This document shows positions 38,754-51,150 of a DNA stretch of 64,000 nucleotides, piece after piece. Each line of letters begins with the position of its first letter. Positions within the stretch are counted from its first letter, which is position 1. The DNA lies in the NCBI RefSeq assembly GCF_964355755.1, contig NC_092670.1, positions 4,330,201 to 4,394,200 of the forward strand, given 5' to 3'. The notes under the pieces were generated by a model. That model was not told where the DNA came from. It searched no databases and saw nothing but the letters and a program-made list of their open reading frames with translations. The DNA is from Antedon mediterranea. Its lineage: Eukaryota; Animalia; Echinodermata. A program made the position numbers and the translations under genes.

Positions 38754-39543
38754 CGGGACTAAGCTTTCATTCTTAGCTCTGCCCCAACCATGGTGAGCTT
38801 AACTGGAGACTTAATATTTAATTTCATATTTCAATAAATATTTTTTCAAAATTGTCTTTGCTCAGCCCCAATCATGGTGGGGTAGTGAAGACTCTTTATC
38901 ATGTTTCAAAATACTATTTAGGTGTCATTTCTGGGGACCTTATAGCTATTTTAAACAGTTTGGTAAGCCCTGAATTGTTATGCAAATGAGTTTGTGCAGG
39001 TGTAATGGGAAAGATGGTATTGTTAGTCCTACGTGGTGAACACGCCACAAAATTAAATTTAAAAGTTAAATTTTGATTTTGTTAATCTTTATTAGAAATT
39101 CAAATTATGTAAAGATACAATTTTCCGGGCGGGAATCTAGAAACTCCCCACCTTTAGTTTACAAAAGTAATCTTGAAAAGAACCCCATGTGGAAAAGAAA
39201 CATATCCGTTGAAAAGAAGCCACCGTACCAAAGAGTACTACAAAATGAGGAACATTCGGGGTGATATGGGTATATACGAAACGATATTAAAAATAGTGAC
39301 TATTTTATATCACTGTGCTACACTGGTGCTAAATTGGGTCCACTTGAGCAGTTACCGTAGTACTATTTCTATTATTGAAGTTAATAAAGGCATAAATGGC
39401 GCTCCATACAGAAGTAGAGAATGCTCTAGTAGTCATCAGAATGATGCTCTAAATATACCTCCAACTTTGCTACTTCGTCGTCGTCGTTATTTTTGTGACA
39501 TTGTTGTTTTGCTGTGTATCGTTTAATATAAAACATCCTTACT

Positions 39544-42500
39544 ATGAGTGACGAAGATATATTAACTACTTTGAAAATATTGATAATTGGTGAAAGTGGC
39601 GTTGGAAAATCAAGGTAAACATTTTGATCATTAAGCTATTAATAATTCATAAATATACTCTAGCCTAGGCTAGGTACTACTAGGCCTAGGCCTAGGTAGC
39701 CAAAGGATTGACAGACGATCGGGCTTTTTAAAAGACTTTTGGACGTTCGGGCCTAATATAATTAGATGATCGGGCTCATTATAAAAATAAAGGGAAGACG
39801 ATCGGGTCTCCACGAACACGTACTAATAATGATGATATAATAACTGAATGTAATAAATACAAACGGTTATAAAAAGCATGATGATGATAGTATAATCTGT
39901 AGACTAAAGTTAATATGTAATAAAACAACAAACAATTTTGTCGTATTCGATTGGGAACTTTCGTTGTCAACGTAGAGATTCGTTGAGTACTGTTTGTATT
40001 CGAATTATAAATTTGTGCTCAACAGAAAGTCATTCGAATAGAAAACGTTGACAACGAAAGCTTTTTCGTTAAGAACAATCTCAATGCTCAAAATACTCCG
40101 TTAAAGAAGTACTCAACGGTCCACTCGAATACGACAGATATCAATAATTGTCATATTCGATTGGGAACTTTCGTTGTCAACGTAAATATTCGTTGAGTAC
40201 TTTTTGTATTTGAATTGTAGATTTGTGCTCAACAGAAAGTCATTCGAATAGAAAACGTTGACAACGAAAGCTTTTTCGTTAAGAACAATCTCAACGCTCA
40301 AAATACTCCGTTAAAGAAGTACTCAATGGAAAAACTGTACTCAACGGTGAAAGTCTAAATCGAATACGACAAATGACAATGTTTTGGTGTACAAAAAATA
40401 ATAATAAAATAACGTTCGATGATATCAATTCAAAGATATATTATATAATAGGCCTAGGCTATATTTATATGAAATATATGTTGCCACAACCTATATATAG
40501 GCTTACTTCAACATAAACATAAAACTGTTTCATTTACTCTAGGCCTAGGCACATCTTCCAGTACCTGGTGCGCCGCAATTGGTTTTGGGCTTTTCTTTCA
40601 GTACCTCATTTACTTTTCCTATGTCACTTGGTATATATTTTTTTGGAGTATAAAATTGATGGAGAATTTGTGGGTGTATGCTTCTGTTTGTTTTTTATAA
40701 TTGTATTTTGCTGTAGTCGAAGTGTCCAACACAATTTTCTATGTACTGTATTTAAATGCAATGATAAAAAGAATTGAATTGAATTCATTTTGATACTATA
40801 TTACAGTTTACTGTTGCGTTTTACAGACGACACTTTTGATCCTGATCAACCAGCTACTATAGGTAAGTGTTGTTGCTATTACCGCTGTAAAAACACGTAT
40901 TTTGTATTTTTCATTTAGTTTTTTTTTCCATTAAATTATTCCAATTAATAATTTACTTCAGAATGTTTGTAGAAGAAATAGGCATGTCTATGATCTTCAT
41001 ATTAAAAAATTTAATTGTAAATTAATTTAAATATTTTCTAATTATTATAGTACCTACTGGTCATAATGTAATATAGTGTGGTTAGGAACTACTGTATGCC
41101 GTATTAATGGTGGTGTCATACAGAATTAAAATCTCATTCGAAAAGCTTTTTTGAAAATAGAAATTGTAATTCTTTAATTTTTTTTTTTTAGGTGTTGATT
41201 TTAAAGTAAAAACATTAGCAATCGAGGGAACTGGTAACACAGCAAAGCTAGCAATATGGGCAAGTAATTTTTGTTTAATTTATTTTGTAAAATTTGTAGA
41301 ACAATCTCAATTATGGTTGGGTAATCAAATGGTATGTAATTTTTTAAGCATCCTTTTTACAAGATACAATATAACTTTATTGTCAAAATTGTTAACAATT
41401 TCGAGATATGTTTTGTACCTGAGTAGAATAAATAATACGATGTGATAGCTATATAAATAAATACAAATGATACAAGTGACTATCTTGAAAAGTTTTTGTT
41501 ACATAAATTGCATGCTATTGCTATGTACATTGGTGAAAATCTGAAACGGTTTGTGGATATTTTTTTTCTGTGTCAGTCTAAGCCTTCCTGATCTACTTAT
41601 AATGATGTCTGAATGTAATGGGTGTGATGGGTCTTGCTTCCTTTCTTTTTCCTATGACCGCACTGCGAAGTAGCTTTACGTCGGGGAGTACATTGTATGG
41701 TTTCCCTATTCTGACATACAGTGATTTCACTCAGTACATCATTGAGACAACTTTAAATGGCAAAAAAAAATCTTGAGAGGGGCTCAAACTTCCAGGTCAT
41801 TGCCTGGCATTCACTATGACAATATGATATTTAAATAAAGAAAACTTAGATTCAAATTTTAGTTATTTAACACTTATAGGACACAGCTGGTCAAGAAAGG
41901 TTTCGTACGTTAACTCCAAGTTATTATAGAGGTGCACAAGGCTGTATATTAGGTAAATATAGTTAAAATAAAACTATATTAAATGTGCTAATTGGTTCAG
42001 ATATTTACCATTGACATTTTGATCTACACTACTCTTTCTTCAATGTGTAGTAATTTGTGCCATTTTGTTTTTTATATTGCCACACACATGTTAAAAATAT
42101 ACATACATGCTCTCCACATCAATTGAATGTGGAGCGATATAGGACTAAATTTGTGTCAACATGGCTTAGGAGAGATACTATCACCCAGTCAGTACCAATG
42201 CTAACATTACATTCATGTATACATTCATGTATACATATCATTTTTTATATATAGTCTATGATGTAAGCAACAAATCAACATTTCAACGTTTGAATCAATG
42301 GTTGAGTGAACTTGAAACATTCTCTACTAAAGTTGATATTGTTAAAATGTTAGTAGGAAACAAGATTGACAAGGTAAAGAAACATAATTTTAACATTAAA
42401 ACTTTTTTCCAGTATTGGGCAGGTCCAACCTATTTGAAATATGGCGTACAGGACATTTTTGAGACTGAAATGTGTTTTTATCCATCCAAGAAGAACATCA

Positions 42501-43548
42501 TCTCTAGTCTTTTTTGCTTTTTGTAACACTTCTTAGTACCATTATATGAACATTAAATAATGTATTATCTATTAGTGAAGTTGTTATGTAATTAATACAT
42601 TTGTGACGTACGGGACCAGAAGAAATTGCATATTATTATTAGTCTTTGAAAGTAAGAGTTTATTGAATATATTTATGAAGTACATCCATGCCACATTTAT
42701 CAAGCTACAGTACCTACACAAAATATTTTCTTATATTGATTATGTAGTTCTAAAGGAATTAACAAAACATTCTTCTATGACGTACAGAACATGTAACTTA
42801 TAGGACATCAAAAATAGGTTTTCAAATGTAATTATTTGATTTCCTTCATTCAAAATAGACTTATTTATAAATATTTTAAAGTACAAATGATATCATTTTG
42901 AATAATATTTAAATTTTTTTAAGGATGATCGAGCAGTTTCAAGAGAAGAAGGTTTAAAGTTTGCAAAGAAACATTCTATGCTTTTTATTGAGGCCAGTGC
43001 TAAAACAAAAGATGGAGTCCAGTGTGCTTTTGAAGAATTAGTAGAAAAGGTAACTGAATTCACATGCAAAGGTCTAGGTAATCTCTAGAATAAGTTTGTG
43101 TTTCTAATGGCAGGGATACCAAGAGCGAACTCCATTTTCATTTCCACGTATAAACATGCTGTGGAGGATTGATCGCTAAAAATAGTAAAATTGAATTAGA
43201 CGAGCTTTTGATATTTCTTAGGTAAATTTTTATTTGGTATATGGGCTGTACTTGCTTGACGAATCTTTTGTTCATGAAATCATTTTTGTACAGTAATGTG
43301 TTCATAGTTGTCAATGCTAGGCCCTTCTCTCCCTGCTCCTCACTCAAAAGACATTTCTTTAATTATTTAATTGAAGAAAATTGTGGACTTACTTAATATT
43401 GGTACTGCGCCCACTGTATGTGTTCTTTTGATTTTAGATTATTCAAACACCTGGACTATGGGAAAACAATGACTCTTCTGGTATGGTAATATCGCAAGGA
43501 GGCCACAGTGGAGCAAGTCCTTGTGGAGGCTACTGTTCGACCATATGA
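39544..43548 (+). CDS. RAB18: Ras-related protein Rab-18, 7 exons, 207 aa
   Basis: Exons 39544-39614 ([23 protein letters not shown]), 40807-40862, 41192-41259 (GVDFKVK..KLAIW, GC donor), 41880-41952 ([21 protein letters not shown]), 42255-42373 (VGNKIDK), 42924-43049 (FIEASAKT), 43438-43548 ([17 protein letters not shown]). Sum 624 nt. Confidence 0.97.
39938..40372. mobile_element. MITE-like element with an internal ~213-bp tandem duplication, RAB18 intron 1
   Basis: TIR ttgtcgtattcgatt / aatcgaatacgacaa; two near-identical copies of tattcgattgggaactttcgttgtcaacgta...gaagtactcaa. Confidence 0.7.
41510..41720 (-). mobile_element. LINE 3' remnant (Rex1/Babar-like)
   Basis: Minus strand encodes [20 protein letters not shown], resembling the C-terminal DPSHPL..SGR motif. 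Confidence 0.45.
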
Positions 43549-45139
43549 GTGTATATAGATGTTAAGGTAGGCTTATGTCGGCCTGAGACTGAAAGCAACT
43601 TGACCCTGACTGGAAGGAACTAGTTCCACTTCTAAACAACCAACGTAAACCAGTGTGTGATTGGTTTTGTTGTCATATGAAAGAGACATTGTTGACATTC
43701 AACTGGGACATGATTCATTGTTTTTAGTCATGTTTAGTTCCTTTCAGTTAAACTGCTCTTAAGCACTGTCTACACTATCAAACTTTATGTGACAAAAAAA
43801 TTTGATGTGCCCATATATGGACATGATGATATATCACTACCATATTTAAGCATATTGCTACCGTATTTAGGCACATCACACTTTTTTTGTCAAAGTAGTT
43901 TGTGCATTAATTTGGTCAGTTGCATTCTTTTGCACCGAGTGCTTATGTCGACACACAGTTGAGTTGTGTTGAGTTTTGTGTCGGCATAAGCCTACCTTTA
44001 TAAGACTGTTTGTCAGTAGTTAATGTTCAACTGCTTTATTTATATATAATTTAAAATTTATGTAAGGCATATCATTGTTTGCCTTTAAATACAATCACTG
44101 ATTTATAACATAACATTTTTTTTAATAATTTCATAGTTTTGAAACATTGATTGAATGTCTGTAGAACAACACGATTTTCAGGTATTTGTTATTCAATCAT
44201 TTTTAAGTTTAGATGTATGTTAATGCTACTGGGCCACACACTGGAAGAATGCAGAACACTGTCGTTTAAAGATGTAAGAGGAGAGCACTCAATAGCTCTT
44301 TTAAAATCTGTTAGGAGCTTGATTAAAATATAAATAGGCACTGTAAGTAATGTAATTAAGTACGATCTTTTGTGTCAGCATCCTTAGTACACTCAACTGA
44401 ACATTGTTCAACTAGTCCACCGCTGGCACAGATTGCCTCTTTTAATCATTAAGAAATTCTATCCATGTGGTTTTGTTGATCATTTTAGAAGCTAGAGCAC
44501 AATTGAGCTCTTTTTCTGCATGTGCTTCCAATATGGAGAGTTGATTTCCTAATTATCAGTTCACGATTCATTTATCGTATTCAGTCAATTTTGGAATTTA
44601 AATAGAATTTATTGATTGCATGACGTTGCAAAAACGGTGAAGATTATGTTTCACACTCACCTATTTAAAAATAATTTTGTTTATGTAAAATGTAAAGAGG
44701 AATTTATACATTAAGTCTCAGTAGAGAGAATTATTACTTACCATATTTTAATGAGAGCTTGCCATATAAAGGAGCATGGGTGTATTTTGACACATTTTAA
44801 ATCTTCTTATTGTAACCCTGGGTTATTAGTCTTTAATTCTTTTTTATGGTTGGTTACTAAGGGGGGTTACTATTACTAATCTGAAATTAGGCACCATGCC
44901 ATTTAAAGGTACAGGTATATAGATCTTCACAGTATATATTTATTAATTTACCTTATATCACAACTGGTTATTATAATCTATTACACTTTTATGTCTACAA
45001 ATAACTTATGAGATGCATGTATATAATTATATTTACTATAAAATATTAGATTATTTAGTTTTAGTGATTTAACCCTTTTTCCTATCGTTTTACTTTATCA
45101 CATTTACCAGTTAATATACATTTGATTTTTCAGTATAAT

Positions 45140-45535
45140 TATTAAACATAAATTTCTATTTTTGGCTAAATTTCTTACAATTTCTATTCTTATCATTTCT
45201 TGGTGATGACTAATGACACAATTATTTAATTATCATATACAGTACCGGTGTACCTATACTATCTTATTGACTCATTGATACAATATATTGACACTAAATA
45301 CAGTAGTAAAGTAACATATCCTTGTTTTATCTTGGTCAGTTATCTATTTATTAAACATAAATTTCTGTATTTGGCTAAATTTCCTACAATTTCTACTCTT
45401 ATCATTTCTTTTTGATAAGAATAATTGACACAATTATTATTATTATTATTATCATATACCTATTTGATCTTATTGACTCCTACTACTCATACTCAGTACA
45501 GGTGACAAAAACATACTCTTGGTTTGTCTTGGTCA
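45140..45535. repeat. Diverged ~205-bp tandem duplication downstream of RAB18
   Basis: tattaaacataaatttct..tttggctaaattt..tacaatttcta.tcttatcatttctt...tcttggtcag occurs twice. Confidence 0.7.
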
Positions 45536-46049
45536 GAATCAATCTTTATTTACCTTTTAACATTCTTTACCTGTGTATAAAATTGAAAGCCTCGCTGGAC
45601 TTGTTGTTTAAGAAGACAAGAAAAGAATACCAATTGTCCCTACTTCCCTTTTTACCCTTTTTAATGAAGACCAAACCTTGTTTTTATGAGAAAAAAAAGA
45701 TAAAATAAGAGTTGTTTTCTTGCAGGCTTGAACATACAATACAAATTTTGGTTTGGCATTTTCAAATGATGGTGCTCACTAGTTTTAGGGGAATATTTTG
45801 TTTTGAACATTATGTTCTGACTGAATAATATAACTTATATTACGAATTTAAACCACTTTTTAAAATGATCCACGAAACAAAATTTTAGTTCTTAGTTTTT
45901 ATTATGACATCTTCTTCTAGACACCATATCCATTTTCAAAGCGGTAATATATATTTATATATAATATTAAAACAAATGCAAATAACAATAGCTAAAGACG
46001 AAAGATCTACTATGCGCGCAACATTCTTATGGAATAAAAGTCGATATGT

Positions 46050-46709
46050 TCTCTTGATGGTCTCCACTCTTGTTATTTTTTGTCCATCCTTTGCGAAGTG
46101 CTGTGTAGTAATTTCCTCAACAACCTCCTTCACCCTGCTCATTAGGCCTGGATGCATTGTGCACATAGTGCTAGGCTTGTCTGGCTCAGCTAACAGCCTC
46201 CTTTGTTCCAGGCTTAGGTATGCTGGCTGGCTTACCCTGTTCTCACATGGTTGATGTTTCTGATGATGTTGAAGCATCATTGGTTGAAGAAGGCAGCGAA
46301 GCCAAGGGAAGTAGGTACTCCTCTGGCGTGAGTTCCGAGACCGCAATTGCCTTGTTGTCGTCATATAAGGGTTCCGGGTGGATTGCAATTCCCTATGAAT
46401 TATAGATTCTATTATTTCTGCAAATTCAGTCTAAGGAGGTGGAGGTGGGCCTCCCCCAGTCTTCTTGAGATTGTTGCTTGAAGTAAAAAAAATGTTTTTT
46501 CACTCTGCTTCATCCGTTTCCACTGCTCTTACAATTTTTTAGGTAATGAATATCACCAAATCTAACGTACTTCCATGCCAATGTTTTGGCGTCATTTGTC
46601 TGAAATCAGTCTTTTTGCTTTCGATGATATCAGCCTTCTCTTTAATCAACATAATAAGGTTCATTTGTTCCTACCTGCTCCAATTCATGGTCCTTCTTTT
46701 GCCGTCCAT
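46050..46709 (-). pseudogene. Decayed Myb/SANT-like DNA-binding gene of PIF/Harbinger type
   Basis: MDGKRRTMNWSR*EQMNLIMLIKEKADIIESKKTDF/TNDAKTLAWKYV../KKL*EQWKRMKQ../LKKTGGGPPPP, with stops and frameshifts. Confidence 0.7.
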
Positions 46710-48118
46710 AGTGCACGAAATGTGCAAATTATATACGTTTTTACGTCTGATGCTGAAGGGCAGTATACACTATTTTATTGGAACAAAACGCTTGCATAAT
46801 TTAGAATTTTAAAAAATGGACCACCTAGTTTTTGTTAATTTTGTTATGTCATAAATACCATAAGAGATTCTGTGTGTTCTTCCTGCAGTATTAAATGCCA
46901 TCTGCCTTGGCTGAATCGTAACCAGCCGATTCTTTACCTCCCCCATCCTTCATAGTCTAGTAGGAAGGAGGGGTTACCGTGCACCCCCATGATGTATTTT
47001 TTTAATGTACATTTTTGTAATCCTGAATATATGTAATTAACATTTTTTGATGTTCCCAAGACGAAATATTGTCCCATGGGGTTTTTTTGGGGCCATTTTG
47101 GTGGCCATCTTGGATTTATCAAAATCATAAATATAGACGATACTTGACAAAGACTGATCATAGAGGTCTGATCTTGGTCTTAAATTGTTCAGAATATGCA
47201 CATTTCTATGTACTATAATAAAAAGTTTTTGTTCAAAATGGCTGTAAATGCCACTTTTGACCTTTGACCTTGTTTTTACATAAGGGTCATATCTTGGTAA
47301 CCCCTGGTCATAAAGATTTTATTTTTGTCTTAAATTGTTCAAAATATTCATATTTATATTCGCTTTAATGGAACATATTTTTGAAATTTGACGGGAAATA
47401 TCATTTTTGACCTTTGACATTATTGCATAACGATTTTCGCAATAATTTAGGTTATTTTTGTATTCGACCTATATCTTGACAACGAGTGATCATAGAGGTT
47501 TGATTTTGGTCTTATATTGTTCAGAATATGCACTTTCCTATGTACTATAATAAAACATTTTCATACAAAATGACCGGAAATACGACTTTTGACCTTTGAC
47601 CTCGTTTTTACATAAGGGTCATATCTCGGTAACCAATGGTCATAACGATTTTTTTTTTTTTTTAATTGATCGGAGTATCCATATTTATATTAGCTTTAAT
47701 GAAACATATTTTTGAAATTTGATGGAAAATATCACTTTTGACCTTTGACATTATTTCCACCCGAGGGTCATATCTCGGTAACCCCTGGTCATAAAGACTT
47801 TATTTTTGTCATAAATTGTTCAGAATATCCATATTTATATAAGATTTAATGAAACATATTTTTGAAAGTTGGCAGGAAATACAACTTTTGACCTTTTACC
47901 TTGTTTCCACCCGAGGGTCATATCTCGGTAATCCCTGGTCATAAAGACTTTATTTTTGTCATAAATTGTTCAGAATATCCATATTTATATAACATTTAAT
48001 GAAATACAACTTTTGACCTTATTTTCACTTGAGGGCCATATCTTGGTAACAAATTTTTTTTGTCTAAGATTGTTCAAAACATACATATTTCTATCCACTC
48101 TAATGAATATTTATTTAA

Positions 48119-48743
48119 AGACCCCTTCCCTGCAATTTTGGACGTTTTTTGGAAAATAATACATATATATCACTTTAAAAACATTAAACCATGTCATTTC
48201 TTGTCTTAAATGTACGTTTTATGGTAAATTATGATAAAAAGTGAGAAACAATGCACTACCTAAGTAGCTCGCGGCGATCGACCTCTCGTGGACGGTCTTA
48301 GGCCTAGCCTAGCTAGGCTTAGTTTTGTAGGCCTAGCTGGTAAACATCGGTAACGTACAAACATCGTACGCGAGCTATATACCTAGCCTGACGTTGTATA
48401 GTTGCTGCATTAATTGTCTTTCTATTTTTGCCAGACTCCGTTGATACAAATTGGGGAAAACCCGGTATTTTCGCTGAAAAGTTAGGAGTCTTCCATTTGT
48501 TTTGGCCTCACGATCGATCGAAAAGTGGGCGAATTACAGGTGAAAAACAAAAATATCAATCCGCGCGCAATGCATTTTGGGATTTATAGCGGGCCGCTAT
48601 AATTATTAGAATCGACTTATTTTTCACATTTTTAACAGTTTAAAGACGAAAAAAGTTATTGCAATAGGACCATATAGTATTATTTTTACATTAAATATAG
48701 TTTGTGATCTTAAATTAGATCAAAAAACGTAGGGAATGGGGCT
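48119..48743. mobile_element. ~625-bp Kolobok-like transposon, copy 2 (nested in an Academ-like element)
   Basis: Reverse complement of 29578-30204 with few substitutions; TTAA TSDs at 48115-48118 and 48744-48747. Confidence 0.85.
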
Positions 48744-49339
48744 TTAAAACAATGATCATAAATGTTACTATCAATTGTCACATTTAACACCTTCCACAGA
48801 ATTCTCATACAGTAAGAATTTTTTCTGTTTTAAAGTAAAAATAAATTTAAAAGATGTAAATAAAATAACAACATGCTGAGAAAAAGGGAAAATTACAGAC
48901 TTTATAAAAAACTTTTGAATATACATGCTATCCACTCTAATGATGATTTATCCTCAAAAACTGACAATAAATGTCATTTTTTACCTTTGACCCCTATTTA
49001 AATATAATTTACATATAATGTGAGAATTCTTAACAATTCTCAAATTAGAAAAAAGTATCTGATAAATAATTTAAAAAAAGTGTCTGATAACACGTTTCAT
49101 TACATAATTATTCATAATTAAAGGTGGCTACAGTACTTTTAGGTCTGCAAACAACTTTTATCCAATAGAATGTGTTTATTGTCCAATTGGAAGAGACAAT
49201 AACAAAATTAATGTCAACATCTTCATAATCTCAATTTATTTTGGAAACAGTACTGATAGACGGCTACAAAAATAAATTTTCTAATCAAATTCTATTCTTC
49301 ATTAAATAATGGAAAATTTAGGGAAAGAAAAGGGGATAA

Positions 49340-49755
49340 TTGTATTTTACACGTTGATGGTATTCTTGACATAACACTCGATCTGAGGACAGGTACCTTC
49401 CACCCATATACACCAAACCAAACAATACGCCATTATATGTACATCGTGAAAGTAATCATCGGCCATCAATTACGCAATATACCACTAGCAATAAATAAAC
49501 GACTCTCAAACATCTCATCCGATGAAAATTCGTTTAATGCAGCAATACCTCAGTACCAAGAAGCACTTAGAAATAATGGATATGAACATGAGCTACACCT
49601 GAACAAACAACCAAAAAGAAAACCCGAAACAGAAACATCATTTGGTTCAATCCTCCGTACAGCAAGAACGTAAAGACCAATATCGGACCCAAATTTTTAC
49701 ATTTAGTGGATGAGTGTTTCTCACAAGGCCATAATCTCCAAAAGACTTTTAATGT
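49340..49755 (+). mobile_element. Penelope-like retroelement remnant
   Basis: LDITLDLRTGTFHPY/KPNNTPLYVHRESNH..NIPLAINKRLSNISSDENSFNAAIPQYQEAL..RNRNIIWFNPPYSKNVKTNIGPKFLHLVDECF, with frameshifts. Confidence 0.8.
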
Positions 49756-49759
49756 TGGC

Positions 49760-50295
49760 ATTGATTGCTGGTGGTATCTACAATATCTAAGGTTACGCAC
49801 GGTATACTTATGGTCAAACTTTAGAGGGTCTGCCAGGGCCAAGGCAGGGTACAGATAGTTTGTAATAGGTTGGTATTCCTTACAATGTGCTAAATCATAT
49901 AACATTGGTTGCTGGTGGTATTTACAATATCTAAGCTAGGCTAGTTGGGAGAAGGGGGTCGTTAGTCGAACTTTAGAGGGGTCTGCCAGGGCCAAGGCAG
50001 TGTACAGATAGTCTGTAATAGGTCATTTGGTATTTCTTACAATGTGCTAAATCATATAACATTGGCTGCTGGTGGTATCTACAATATCCAATCTAGGCCA
50101 TTTGTGGGAAGGGGGGTCTCTAGTCGAACTTTAGAGGGGTCTGCCAGGGCCAAGGCAGTGTACAGATAGTCTGTAATAGGTCATTTGGTATTTCTTACAA
50201 TGTGCTAAATCATATAACATTGGCTGCTGGTGGTATCTACAATATCTAATCTAGGCCATTTGTGGGAAGGGGGGTCTCTAGTCGAACTTTAGGGT
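49760..50295. repeat. ~155-bp tandem repeat, about 3.5 copies
   Basis: Unit tggctgctggtggtatctacaatatc...gaactttagaggggtctgccagggccaaggcag...gtgctaaatcatataaca. Confidence 0.85.
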
Positions 50296-50636
50296 GTCTG
50301 GCACTTGCAGTGCAGCAGACAATTAGTCTGTCGTTACCCATTTAGTATTGTATGAACATAACTTGTTCATTTGGCATTAATTTTGAGTGGTACCTCACTC
50401 AGCTATGCTATCACCATTTGTAGGCCCTCCCTCTGGGGGTCTGGTGGGCCTATTGCAGAGGACAAAATGTTTGGTGATATGATATTGGTATATAGGATGC
50501 AAATTAACACACTTAAATAGTCAGATATTGGTACCTAGCTCATCTAACCAAATGTATCTGGGCTGCCTGTCTACAGCCATTTACTGAGTATTCAGTACAG
50601 TAATACAATAAATACTAAGCGGTCAGAAGATGCTAC

Positions 50637-51150
50637 TAATCAATCAATCAATCAATCAATCATTCGATTTATATAGCGCCATTCCAACAGTCATTGCTCA
50701 TGGTGCTACCAAAAATATCAGAAAATGTGAGTTTTGAGTAGTGACTTAAAGGTGCTCAATAATGATGTTTGTTTAATGTTCAAAGATAGGTGGTTCCAGA
50801 ACCTACTGTAGGTCCAGCAATACTGAAAGTCCGATCTCCCCAACTATGTTTGCGCCTCTGAATGTCCAGTAGCACCTGATGACTAGATCTTAGTTCTCGC
50901 TTTTTCTTATTGATTGTCGATCATTCTGAGAGGTATTTGAGAGCGCAACTATTTATGAATCGGAGCACCAGCAGGATCTTAAATTAAACACACAACTCCA
51001 CTCCAAATACGATCGCCTCGGTCTTTTCATTAAGCTTGAGGAAGTTTAAGCCCATCCATGTCCTAATCTCAGCAGTGCATGCTTCTAAACGTTTTACGGC
51101 GGTCAGAATCTCAGTCTGACGGGGCTTGACAGAAACATAAATTTGTATAT
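50637..51150 (-). mobile_element. L2-type LINE 3' remnant with (TGAT)n tail
   Basis: RLEACTAEIRTWMGLNFLKLNEKTEAIVFG; later FKILLV..APKYLS-like, GDRTFSIAGP..WN.L; (TCAA)n at 50637-50662. Confidence 0.75.

Larger units (their letters stand above)
33037..39461. mobile_element. Old inverted-repeat-bounded (Mutator/foldback-like) composite element, 6.4 kb
   Basis: 33037-~33225 is the diverged reverse complement of ~39270-39461 (gaggtatatt.agagc.tcatt..gagcattctctacttct..ggagcgccatttatgcctttatt..tagaaatagtactacggtaactgctc..); flanks caacatcga / caactttgc match at 6 of 9 positions. Confidence 0.6.
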
